Shown here one piece after another: positions 42,557 to 53,755 of a stretch of DNA of 64,000 bases. The position numbers and the translations under genes were made by a program. The DNA comes from Diadema antillarum (taxonomy: Eukaryota): the NCBI RefSeq assembly GCF_040938485.1, contig NW_027271507.1, positions 1,798,001 to 1,862,000 on the forward strand. Direction: 5' to 3'. The notes under the pieces are model-generated. The model ran no database searches, was not told where the DNA came from, and worked only from the letters and a program-made list of their open reading frames with translations. The stretch's first letter is position 1, and every line of letters begins with the position of its first letter.

Positions 42557-45500
42557 AACCCAGGGGAGTGGGATGGGATGGGTCCAATTGGGGACTTAAA
42601 TTGTACATGTTCATATTCTTCTTGAAAATCCCTTGATGAATATTCACCAAACTTGGCATGTTGCGTGCCAGGGGATTAAGATCTCAATTTATTCAACAGG
42701 GCACCATGCTTCCTTTGGGGGCCTCTAGGGGGCCCAATGCCCCCCCCCCCCAAACATTAAGAAATATTTACAATTCTTGTTCTCTAGAACCAGAAGTGAT
42801 CGAGCTTTAACCCTAAAAAGACTGGGCTATTTTGGTAGCTCGAAAGACTGGGGGGGGGGGGGGGGGGGGGGGCCTCAAGGGCCCCCCCCCTAAGATCTCG
42901 GCCGTGGATCGCGCGATCGCCGCGGAACTTTGCACAATGGTAGTGTGCGATGTAATCTACAAGATCGTGTTTTTGAATTTTAGAAAATAGTCTTCTTTTA
43001 TTTTATTTTGATTAATTATGATAATTTATGCGAGAAATCAGAATCTTTCATCTGAATCAGTAAATAAAGCTCCAAATTTGCTCATTTTTGGTATAATTAT
43101 TCTTTGTGGCATTCTTAGCAAATGTGCTTAAAAAAATTTGGTATCAAAATCAATTTCTTATTTATTTTATTGTTTCATGAATTTCTTATGTATTTCTTTG
43201 TTTTTTCGACCTTTTGTTTTTGTTGTTTTTTGTAACAAAATTTGTCACAGACACTTTTTGAAGCATAATACTCCTAAAACAAACTAATTTTAGCCATTGA
43301 GAGTAAAAATAAGCATATTTATATGAACCATGTGAAAAAACTCAATTTGCATTGACTTTGTACACAAAATCACATTTTTTAGCCATTTTTGGCCTCACGT
43401 GCATGTACAAAAAGTCATGTAACTTCAGAACCGTACCCCCAGGCGTCACAAATTTGGTGTCAAATTGTGCGGGAAACTCATAAGAAAAAAGTCATGGAGC
43501 ATCGCGGCGAGAGCATTGCGTGTTGCAGAGTAATCGTGCGAAATGTCGAGGGGGGACCTCCGAGGCGCCCCCCCCCCCCCCCCCCAGTGCAGTTAGGGTT
43601 AAGTCTTTTTTTTTTTTTTCCAAACTGCATAGTCCAACATTATATAAAGTACAGTGTACTTGGCAGGTATTTTTACCAGTTAGTTGGAATATGCAAATGG
43701 ACACCATGCCCCCAGCTCTCAAAGCTCCCCACACCACAAGTTTCCAATGTTCTCAGGTAAGAGTCTGCTGAAATGTATGGAAGGTGAACTTGCGATACTC
43801 AGGTGAACGCGAGACCCCTGGGTCTCTTGTTTAAATCATGTAACGTGATGGTTAATGTACTGGATGCATTTCCTTTTGGCTTGCCATGGACAAAAACGTG
43901 ATGCTTCCAGTGGCTGTTATGAGGCAACATGCAATCAGTAGAAATTAACACACAGCTCTCGACCAATGACATTGCAGGATGTTGGCTCCTCGTGCTATGA
44001 TGCTTTCTATTATTAGCACCCAGTCTTCTTACTGTATTATTTTTTAATCAATTTACAGGATTTAATGTGTACAATTTCTTTGATATTATAGTTACAGTGA
44101 TACACACAGACCAATGATTCATGTCAAAAATGCTGGATTATTTTACATCACTTTACTAGTTCATATTCTTAACACTCTCCCATCTCCATTCCTCTTCCCA
44201 AATTTAGGATCTGATGATGCACATGCCCCATCATTTCCTGCTGGCACCTATGGAAGTAGGACAAGTCGGGACCCAACAAGTCCATCTCCCCACTCTTCTA
44301 AGATCCCAAGATTTGATCATGGTTACAGCAGATCTCCTCCCAAAAGTCCCCAGGACAGAGGCAGAGGACAGTCGCTCACAGCAGATAGCCAACTGGATGG
44401 TAGACGCTACAGGAGATCGCTCAGCGACAGTGGCAGGCAAGAAATACAGAAAGAGAAGCTGAGTCGTCAGACGTCCCTGAGTCCCCAGCACAGAGCGGGA
44501 AGAGCGAGAAGTGTTGGTTTGAAACGAGAGCACTCCAGATCCCCACCGGAATTACCTCCTTTCTCCCAGCAGCCGTACAGCTTTGGCGGCCAGCAAAGTG
44601 GACCACAGCAGAGAGATGTTGCAATCACTGGTCCTCTAGTCAGAGACAGAACCATGATGGACAGATCAAGACAGGAAGGGTACCGGTTCCAGGAAGTGCC
44701 AGGTTGGGAAGCTTCCCGAGTAGATCGCTCGCAGATACCTTCCACAGCATATCAGCCCAATGCACAGTACCGGCAGCAGTATTCTCCTTCAAGCCGAGTG
44801 GCTACCGTACCAACCTCAGCTGCTGGTGCAACATCTCCGACAAAGATTCCGCGCTACAGACAAGGACCAGACCAGGTTCCAACAAGGTATGCACCAGCTG
44901 GCAGCGAGAGGGCAGAGAGGAGGGGGCCAGGTGTTGCAGACTATCCTGAGAGGCATTATCAGCAGTACGGAACCCAGTATGGCCCAGATGTACCTCAGCT
45001 TCCTGGCACATACAGCAGACAAGTTCTTGAGAATATCCTGCAGGTAAGCTTACACTGTTCTTAAGTGGAAATAAATTGACTCTCTTGGTTACCATGGAAT
45101 GCAAGCCCTGTTGCTCTATACGATTGAATGGAGGTTTGTACTAGCCAACCCTTTCCTACACATAACAACTGTTAATGTCATTGGCTTTTCTCAAATTTAC
45201 TACCTAGAGGAATGCTTAAAATGATGAAAGAAATCAAAACAGTGATCATAATGATGATGATAATAGTATGGCAGTAATAAAATAAGCTTCTGTTCTCACA
45301 CACAAGTTACTCGGACATTGTTTGAAACACAGAAAACATCTTCTCAGAAGATTCTAAAAGCCCTTTGCAGGCTACAATGTCAGGCTCCCAAGAGTCCACA
45401 GCTTTATTCACACCTCTCATCTTCCACTCGCTATTTTACTGCATATGCAATGCCTGCAGTGCTTAACTATGACTTTTTACAAATGATGAAAGGGCTATTG

Positions 45501-48500
45501 AAAGTTTTATGACTAAACTCTCTACCAGAATGAGGCCGACCCCCGCTATCGGGAAGCCTCCGCCATGTGGGACCAGTACCAGCGGCTCCAGCAGCAGAAG
45601 GAGGCTCGGCGTGAGGCCCGCCGCGAGGCTCGGCAGGATGTGAAGGGTGATGAGTCCAGTGTCTCCAGCCTGGACTCGCGAAGGGTGGATAGACTGGCGC
45701 ACCTGGTCCAGGACCCAGTGAAGCACACAGTGGACCAATTTGTCCAAGGTACTGTAAAACATGATATATTCGCGGCATGAATTTTTCGCGAATTGGAGCC
45801 GACAGCCTTTTTTGCGGCATGAAATTTTCGCGAACTGCCACTGGCATTCAGTGCATATAGTGTACAAAAGAACTTTCGCATGCATTTTAATTTCGCGAAT
45901 CTTTACGCTCGCGAAATTCGCAAAATTAAAATGCACGCGAACATTTCTCGTTTTACAGTACTGGGACACGATGGTGATATCGATTTAAGATTTTAAATGA
46001 AGCAGATTGTACATGCGCGTGAGACATCTGGATTCATTATTATTTGAAGATTTCATTTTAATATACTCTCCATTGTAACAGGAGCCTATATGATGTCCCT
46101 CATATACACCTCAAGTCAGACAGGCTCCTAACACATTTTAGCTGTGAATTCTTGAGCCTTTATCTAATATTTGTGTATGTGTTACATGTAATGTGAAGGA
46201 TAAATATGTCAATGTGAAATTAAGTTTATTAAAGAAATATCATTCAGTGGCATGCCATTAGTATGCCTTCATTCCTTATAGTCTGTTTGCTGTATACAAT
46301 GTATTTTAGCTTTTGAGAGTCATGTCATGAAGAGAAAAATCTAGAATTTGAAGGAGGAAATGCATGTTCTGAATTTCTTCCTTTTGTGCATTGAAAGAAC
46401 TATCTTGCCCTTATCATACTCAAATATTATATGTCTCTTTCTCTTTGTGAATATCACAGATGAGGAGGATGGTCGGAGTACCAGTAGTTCAACGGTAACG
46501 GATGGCAGCACTCCTCGTCAGAGAAGGAAGTGGGATCGAGACCAGCAGCAGTTCACCCCTAGGGAGCAGTCGCCCGAGAAGATGCCTCACAATGGAGAGT
46601 ACGTTCTCATGAATTGTTAACCACTGTGAATGTCATAATTTGATTGCATGAATTTTACAAATGTAAAATGTCACAAGTCCGCCAATAGTGGCATTAAAAA
46701 ATGCTTCCTGCCATGCTACAAGTGCAATGCATATTGTCAGCAAGCTGGGAAATCACTAACTCACTTCTTGGAAAGGGTTATTGACTTATTTCGCATTCCT
46801 TTCCTGTGATTCTTCATCACAAATTTAAGCTTTCGAGAACTTGTCATACAATTCCCAATTGGTGGAAGTACATTGTATGTGTATACATTGTAAGCAGTGA
46901 CTCATAGGCACAGAATATAGTGTTTGGCAAACGTAATGAAACGTTATGGCCAGCTTGAATTTCATTACGTCAGTGTTCAGATTTTACTTCTCAACAGACT
47001 CTGGAGACTTTTACAACCCTTGTGATTTTTATGCGAGTCAGAGGCTCTGTAGCAAGCACTCTCATATGACACTATTCAATACATATATATGGCACTTCTA
47101 AAGCACAGCAAGGTTTCTGAAGATGCCATGCAAATACATATTCTATTTCTGTATTTCTTGTGCAGGTTTCAGCGGAGAGTCTCCCCAGAGGAGATCGCTG
47201 CCATTGTTCAAACCTCGCCAACCAAGGAATCGAGAATACCACGATCAACAAGTCAACAGAATGGACACAAGCATCATGAGAGGAAGAAGAGGAAAGAAAC
47301 TGATGTCTCAGCGAAGAGATCTCCAGAGCAGTCAGCTGAGGCCAGTAGGTCTTCCACTCTCCAGAATGACACCAGCCAGGACACCCTGACAGAACTGGCT
47401 GCTTCGCAGGACATGAGTCTCGAGTCGGACCGATTGCTGCAACTCCTGGGACCGGACGGGATTCGCAAGTTGAGCTCCAAGCTGGTGAAGCTGCAACGCA
47501 AGATCGACAGGCAGCGCGAGCAGCATCGGAAGCGGGCGGACGAGAAGGGCCGAGACGAGTCGGCGAGAAGAGACTCCTCAAAGAGGAGAGGACACAGAGA
47601 GGAAGCACCTCCTGCCAGCACGCCGACCGTTGACGAGTCGATGTTGTCATCCGCTGCCTCCACTCTCACTGAGGACTCTTCAGATGTCACCAACAGTCAC
47701 CACCGCCTTGGGAAGCAAGCTTCACTGGAGCCGTCGTTGAGTCCGGTCCAAGAGGCATCCTTCAGATCGACGGAGGAATCTGTCTACGACACAGCAGAGA
47801 GTTCTCCTCCTGAGGCTAAAGCCCAGGAGAGACAACCAGACAAGACGGAGAAGGCGAAGGAGAGTACGTACCTTGCCAAGCGAAGAAGGGACTATGCGCA
47901 CAAGGACGACTTCGGTGTCACCTACAACACTGACTCTCTCAGTGATACCGGCTCAGATGTCAGCATCCCTTGTGCCTGCAGGCCTAAGAGGTCTCACTCT
48001 ATTCATGGTATCACCAACCGAGCAAGAGAGCAGGCCACTGAGAAAATGAGCAAGCAGACCAAGATGGATGTGGAGAGAAATGAGGTGTTCAAGAAACCTT
48101 CAAAGAGCTCATCAAGAATTCCAGTAAGGGACGTTGATGTTGCGAGAGAAAACGGGGCAGCAGCTACCCGGGCACAGGAGAAGCCTCAAAAGCAGGCAAG
48201 GCCCGGTACTGCCTTTGTGATCGATGTGGGTCAAGAAAACAAACTGGCATCCAAGGATAATGTTCTCACAAGAAGGCAGAATGACGACAACAAAGAAGTG
48301 ACGGGCAAAGATGACGAGAGGAGGAGAAGAAAAATGGAAAAGAGGGAAATAGTAGGCCAGGAGAATGAAGCCCCATCAAGGTAACTAGATGCATAATTTA
48401 TTTCCCTGCATCACAAAAAAAAAAAGAGCCAAACATGTATTTTGAGTAGGACACACTCGATGTACTGAGTAATCAGAAGAAATTATCAATCATGTATTCA

Positions 48501-51500
48501 TGGCATGGTTTGTATCTGCAATTAAAATTTCTTGTGCATTTGCTTTGAAATAAATGTGTGCATGGATATTTCCTGAATTATTGAACTCTAAAACGAGACA
48601 AGTGACATATATTTTATAAATGTCTCTCCCCTAAGCAATATTGGGGCACAAATTAATTTTCCATATTTTGTGTGTGAGTACTCTTTTGTGAGTGCACACC
48701 AATGAGGTGTTCTGAATGAGCTATATGTTGCCACAAATGCTGTATAGAACTGCTGCAAAAAAAAAAAGAAAAAAAGCTTGGTTTATTTTGGTGAAAATCT
48801 GTTGTAAGTGTATTTTTGTTGTGTGACACAGAATGACATAAGATGTTATGGTGGAGGGAGAGAAGGTTTCATAAACCAATTGCAGTAGAAAGACAGAAGA
48901 AATGTTAAACAGGACTTTCATAGAAATGACTTTTCATAAAGCAAGTCATTTGAAAAATGTCTTTGTATTTTTTTTCTCTTTACCAGAATTCCAAAGAAAA
49001 TAGTCCAACCTGTTGCATGGTTTCAGCCTTTAAGCAAGAAGATGCCATGGCAACAGGACACACCCACCAAGGCCAGACCGCAGCCAATGAGCTTTCCAGC
49101 CAAAGGGGACGAAGAAAATGTCAAGGCAGGTGACAAGGCTTCTCTGCAGGTATGATGAAAGGATTTTTGTTTTTCTTCTGTGTATGCATGTATTACCTGG
49201 AATTGACTAAACACTTACATTGTACATTTAGAGTATGAACAAGGCATTATGATCATGTTGCATGAGAAGTGGATAAACCATGGCATCATTGTTTGTTAAA
49301 ATCCCAGAGTTATGTTTTCGATCCAAGTCATTTTTTATAGTGTGACATACTTTCAGTTGAAATGGTAGGAATGGAAGGGAATTGTGGAAAGATATTGTGC
49401 CATTATCTGTAGGAAAGGAAGCAGTGTTTAGAAATGAATGGGATAATGAAGTAGAGCCAGGTGCTAACTAAAAACACATTTGAAAAGAGCTATGTATACC
49501 ACACTGTCCTAAAATTTGTTACTGTTTCATTTAAAAGTTTGGCTAGTATCAGTCGTTCACCTGCAAGGGTTGTCAGCCATAGTTGCAAAACCAACTACCT
49601 ACATGTAACCACTGAAATGGTATGGTCAAAGTGCAGAAAGGCCCCTTTTTGTATGTGTCAGTGAAAATGAACAAGAAGAGACATAGTGTGTCTTTATTCA
49701 GGCAAGAACAAAGTGGCCAATGTGTATGACATTCAGCACATGACTGGACAGCCCTGTCAAATCTTAACCCTCTGTATATGACAAAATGTTTAGAAACAGA
49801 TGTGTGTAGTCAGTTTTCCCCGTGTCCAGATTCCATGTACTTTTGTTATGAGATTATAGATATGAGTTTAGTATTTTATGTGAAGGGTACTGTTCATCAC
49901 ATACCAAATGTATTACACTGTCCTGTTCATTGAGCTGGAGTTAATGTCTGCTATTGTCACTCTCGCCCATTTTCCCACTCACCTTGCAGGAAGCTTTCGA
50001 AAAGTACCGCAGCGACTTCATTTCGAAGTCCCGCGAGCGGCAGCGCAAAGTGAAGCTCGCCGCAGAGGAGCGCCACACCCAGGCAATGTGTGAACTGGAG
50101 CGAGCCCAGATCTTCCACGATCAGCGGTCCAAGAAATCCAACCCAATGCCCACCCACTGAGTGGTGAGTCCCCTTGTTCATCTTTGCATTCCTGTCCGAA
50201 CTATCTAAACAGTTGGCTTTTGCTACTGATTATTAGACCATTTTATGAGTTATGCAGTTATTCCTTTTTGTGAAACAGTCCTACAGTGAATTTAATTAAA
50301 GTGTTCTTGTTCAGAATCAAATACTTTCTATCTTTCTTTCTTCATTTATTTATTTTATTATGATTTTTTTTCTTCATTTTTGTGGTGTCATATTAATGCT
50401 CTTCTGAATTTGTCACCTCATTTGTTAGACATTCATCACAAAACACTTTTAAACTGTCATTTCATATACATTGCTGACTGAAATTACAAATCTCCTTGCA
50501 CTCATTTTCATTGTAACCCCCCGGCATGTATGCCAGAGGATACTTTGGATTCATTTCCATTTTCATTTCACTTGTCCATACCCTTACATGCATACTTGCC
50601 AACTAATAAGATTTTATCAGATTCAGTAAGATTTTTTACATTAAAAATAGTAAAATAAGATTTTCTGTCAGAGAAATAAGATTTAAAGGGTGTGTACAGT
50701 TCTGGTCGAGGCGAGGATTTAGCTTTTAACGTTTTGCGAGATATTCAGAAACCACTCTATGAGATGTCAAAGAGCATGCAATTCTAAGGGGTATCAAAAG
50801 TTTATTTGATGAAAATCGGTTTTGAAATGGCTGAGATATCCAAAAACAAGGTGAAACAAAGAGATACTGTCTAATAAAGTTGTGGCCTGTCGCCTTTTAT
50901 TATTATCACTTTTTTGGATATCTCAGCCATTTGTAAACCATTTTTCATCAAATAAACGTTGAATCCTTCTTAAAATTACATGCTCTTTCATATTTTATAA
51001 GAAGTTTCTCATTATCTCACTTAGGACTGTTCAAAACATGAATCCCTCACCTCAACCAGTACTGTACAGTCCCTTTAAAAAAATATTTAGCTATACCTTT
51101 CATGTGTATTTTCTGAAGATTTGACCGAAAGTAAGATTTTTGACTTCAGTTTGCATATAAAATAAGATTTTTGCAATCCACGAGTAAGATATTTCATCTT
51201 GAAATGTTGGCAGGTATGTAACAAGATGAAGAGATGTTAGTGTAGAATATGATTACTGCCCTCGGGCTAGAACATGATTAAAGGTGGTAAGTATTGTATA
51301 TTCTTTTGTTCATTTGTTCATCTGATCTTAAAAGTTAATCTTTGCATAGTGATTGTAAAATAACTGCTGACCATGTTGCTAAGCTCATCTTATTGTGACA
51401 TTGCTCTTTCCTGTTCCAGACCAACACCACAATCCCAAAAAGCGTGCAATATCAAAGCGACAAATGAGAGAGCACACAGAAAGGTAAGTAAAATAAGTCT

Positions 51501-51965
51501 ATTCTTTCTCTTGTTTACATGCATGTGTGTGTGTGTTAATGTTCTCTCTTTTTAATTCCTTGTAAAGTTGTATCTTTGAAATGCTACCCCCAATTAATGT
51601 CACACAGAAAATATACTCACACTGTAACCAAGTTGCTTCAATGATTTGAGAATTTTCCACAAATTACAACTTTCTGTCACCTTGATGCTGTACATTGCAC
51701 TCCCATTATAACGAACACGGTTACGAAAAAATTCCTGTTGCAACAAAGAAAACAAAGTAAGACATTATCTGCCCTTGTTTTTTTTTTTGTTGTTGTTTAG
51801 TTGTTCGGTTATAACAAATTCAATATGATGAAAGAAAACTGCTGGTCCTGGGGACTTCGTTTTTAACGGGAGTCCACTGTATTGAGTACCAAAGTGTGAT
51901 GTCATAGCCATTCATTGCCATGGAAACTGGTTCTAAACAACCTCACATAGCCCGAAAGTATGTGA

Positions 51966-51996
<31 letters not shown>

Positions 51997-53755
51997 GGGG
52001 GGAGTTGCTGACCATGTTCAAACAAAAGACTGTGACATCATCACTTCATTACTCTATACTTTCAAGTCAAATGTGTCCTTTAACACAACGCTGCACACTG
52101 GCACTGGTCTGACCAGTAGCTTTTTCAGGAATGGACCAGTGAAAAATTGATAAACTGGGTACCTACTGGTCTGACAGACAGGTCAGACCAGTAGATGTAA
52201 AAAAAAAAAAAAAAAAAACGGGTTAGTGTGCAGCCCTGTTTAACATGTATTTCTGTCACATCTCTCCTGGTAAAGGTTGTACAATCGTCTCCCTGAGGTC
52301 AAGCAGAAGGAGAAAGAGAAGAAGAGGATGCAGGATTTTGAGCTGAATCGACTCCGGGCTCAGATCTACCGAAAGGTATGTCATCGTAGCCTTTGCTAGC
52401 ATCGTAACATGAGAAATTCCACTGCTGAGCATCAGTCTTTTGAAACTGCATGCACACAAGATATCATTCCTGCTGTTGATATGAACCATTTCTTTTTCTT
52501 TCTTTTCTTTTTTTTTTAATTTTCCCAGGAATTTTAAAGATTTTTTCCCCTCTTTTTTATTATATCTTTAAACAACTTTTCTTCATTTGTGTAAACTCTA
52601 AGTGAAGTGAGATGACAATTTGCCTGCATGCAATAGTCCTTTTTTCCTCATTTGTCTTAATTGGTTCTAAGATTTCTCCGTCATGATGATTGCAAATTGG
52701 TTCGTAAGCTCCTATGCTGTTGTTTATTATGTGATGCCAATTGAATAGTGAGCTTTGATAATCCTTGGTATTGATAGAGTTAAGCCTACATCTAGATTCT
52801 TTGTGTGAATGCAGTCTTAAATCATCAATTTGTTTTGTTATTGTTTTTTACTTTTAGTTTTTCTCTCTGAGCATGCACCTTGGCATTCACAAGCTTTTCA
52901 TGCGAATAAAAGTGAAGGGAATTTTTTTCTTTTTTTTGTGTATGATCTATTGTACACTTCATGCTAACCATTCCATTGTCATACATAGCTTCTTGAATAA
53001 ATTGTAAAGCCACGAACATTTATAATTCTGTACTCCATACAGTCCAACTGACGCAAGTCAATCTCTCATGAGTTGATTACTCAGCTAAGTCAGAGCTCCC
53101 ATAAAGTTAAAAAATTATATTAGTTTTTGATGGATTCAACTTGTGGTAGGGTGGCTGTGTGAAGTGTGAACAGATGTTCATCCATGAAGGTTGTTGGTCT
53201 TCACAATGTTTTCAGGCTGATGGTGTGTCGGAGAATCAGGATTTTGCTTTACATTAGGTGATATTGAACAATACGCCGTGTGAAGTAATGCCTATCATAC
53301 TGATTTCTTGCATAGTGTTTGTTTTGTGATGGGGATATTGATTAGGTCATTGTGGAAAATGTATTGATTTAATGGCATGGTTTAGAATAGGTTCATTTAA
53401 TTGCTAACAATGTGACCTTTGTTGTGTTTTAGGAAAATAAAATGAAAGAATAAACCAGTGAAAATGTTGTCTGTAGTTCATACATTTTAACTTTTGCTAC
53501 TCAGAATCGAAGAAGAAAAATGAATCTTAATCTATTCTCTGGCATTTCATTTCTTTCATTACAACTGATTGACAAATTGCCCTACATCGACGTAAATAAG
53601 CACTGAATTGATCAGTGTTTTACGTCGATGTAGGGCAATTTGTCAATCAGTTGCAATGAAAAACATCTCGACGGAAGAAAATTTCATTTCTTTGTTGTTT
53701 ATCTTCACAGAAACTCAGTGACAAAGTCAAGAAGAAGCCATGGTCGGGAAATTGA
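35316..53755 (+). CDS. ALMS1: ALMS1-like centrosome/basal body protein, 11 coding exons, ~2211 aa (one frameshift in exon 8 as assembled)
   Basis: All introns are GT-AG and phases match except for 1 nt in exon 8. C-terminal ALMS motif: SLQEAFEKYRSDFISKSRER...HPLSD...ISKRQMREHTERLYNRLPEVKQKEKEKKR...NRLRAQIYRKK. Other blocks resemble vertebrate ALMS1 as I recall it: YRPPGSSEVIY, TTMESTHTGSDDAHAPSFP, WDQY...VDRLAHLVQDPV, WFQPLSKKMPW. Confidence 0.9.
37285..40909 (+). CDS. ALMS1: ALMS1 giant coding exon 2 (3625 nt)
   Basis: Polypyrimidine tract then TAG|GACTCCTGG. Coincides with the 1212-aa ORF. Donor ACAG|GTTTGT, phase 1. Confidence 0.9.
40935..41299. mobile_element. fold-back (palindromic) TTAA-flanked MITE
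   Basis: About 165-170 bp near-perfect inverted arms with a short spacer, TTAA at both ends. Confidence 0.88.
41584..43832 (+). mobile_element. Helentron/DINE-1-like element, family D, with ~120-bp subrepeats
   Basis: TAGCTCACCTGAGCCAAAGGCTCAAGTGAACTA hairpin, (CGTCCGT)n, subterminal CTCAGGTGAAC, 3' hairpin GAGACCCCTGGGTCTC. Confidence 0.8.
42811..43598. mobile_element. piggyBac-like MITE nested in the family D element
   Basis: TTAA TSDs, CCCTAA...TTAGGG termini. Confidence 0.78.
44208..45043 (+). CDS. ALMS1: ALMS1 coding exon 3
   Basis: TTTAG|GATCTGATGAT joins to give THTGSDDA. Donor CAG|GTAAGC, phase 0. Confidence 0.9.
45529..45748 (+). CDS. ALMS1: ALMS1 coding exon 4
   Basis: ACCAG|AATGAG, encodes NEADPRYREASAMWDQYQ...VDQFVQ. 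Donor AAG|GTACTG, phase 1. Confidence 0.88.
45752..45958. mobile_element. 207-bp TA-TSD MITE, copy 3, inserted in a splice donor
   Basis: TA|CTGTAAAAC...GTTTTACAG|TA. Confidence 0.85.
46460..46598 (+). CDS. ALMS1: ALMS1 coding exon 5
   Basis: CACAG|ATGAGGAG. Donor GA|GTACGT. Phases 1 and 2 fit the neighbouring exons. Confidence 0.82.
47166..48380 (+). CDS. ALMS1: ALMS1 coding exon 6
   Basis: TGCAG|GTTTCAG. Lies within the 431-aa ORF. Donor AAG|GTAACT, phase 2. Confidence 0.88.
48987..49149 (+). CDS. ALMS1: ALMS1 coding exon 7 (WFQPLSKKMPW...ASLQ)
   Basis: Long pyrimidine tract then ACCAG|AATT. Donor CAG|GTATGA, phase 0. Not listed in the ORF track. Confidence 0.88.
49990..50163 (+). CDS. 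ALMS1: ALMS1 coding exon 8 (start of ALMS motif; 1 nt short)
   Basis: TGCAG|GAAGCTTTC encodes EAFEKYRSDFISKSRER. Donor GTG|GTGAGT. The exon is 174 nt but 175 are needed to keep frame. Confidence 0.85.
50591..51218. mobile_element. hAT-like MITE host
   Basis: TIR CATACTTGCCAAC / GTTGGCAGGTATG and repeated TAAGATTTT. TSD not recognisable. Confidence 0.55.
50683..51078. mobile_element. TTAA-flanked Kolobok-like MITE nested in an older hAT-like MITE
   Basis: Same family as 2936-3325. Confidence 0.72.
51420..51483 (+). CDS. ALMS1: ALMS1 coding exon 9 (DQHHNPKKRAISKRQMREHTER)
   Basis: TTCCAG|ACCAA and donor AAG|GTAAGT. ALMS-motif residues. Confidence 0.88.
51691..51880. mobile_element. pogo-like TA-TSD MITE
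   Basis: TACATTGCACTCCCATTATAACGAA...TTCGTTTTTAACGGGAGTCCACTGTA. Confidence 0.7.
52086..52238. mobile_element. hAT-like MITE, 7-bp TSD
   Basis: CAACGCTGCACACT / AGTGTGCAGCCCTG flanked by TTTAACA. Confidence 0.65.
52276..52375 (+). CDS. ALMS1: ALMS1 coding exon 10 (LYNRLPEVK...NRLRAQIYRK)
   Basis: Less common AAG acceptor (TAAAG|GTTG). Donor AAG|GTATGT. Core of the ALMS motif. Confidence 0.9.
53554..53661. repeat. near-perfect inverted repeat (~50-bp arms)
   Basis: TTTCATTACAACTGATTGACAAATTGCCCTACATCGACGTAAA...TTTACGTCGATGTAGGGCAATTTGTCAATCAGTTGCAATGAAA. Confidence 0.9.
53711..53755 (+). CDS. ALMS1: ALMS1 terminal coding exon (KLSDKVKKKPWSGN*)
   Basis: TTCACAG|AAACTC in phase 0. Ends ...KPW, as I recall ALMS1 C-termini do. 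TGA at 53753-53755. Confidence 0.82.
   Translation, partial: KLSDKVKKKPWSGN

Noticed and set aside
47072-47693. Minus-strand ORFs of 139-192 aa (similar ones over 37.5-40.7 kb and 44.2-45.1 kb)
   Set aside because: They are antisense shadows of GC-richer ALMS1 exons with no recognisable domains.
50158-50160. In-frame TGA as selenocysteine or stop read-through
   Set aside because: Reading through stays in the wrong frame and stops again in the next exon. The conserved residues need a frameshift, not read-through.
53216-53257. Possible alternative last exon (ADGVSENQDFALH*)
   Set aside because: The acceptor is plausible but the peptide has no ALMS-motif similarity. The 53711 exon fits better and there is no transcript evidence.
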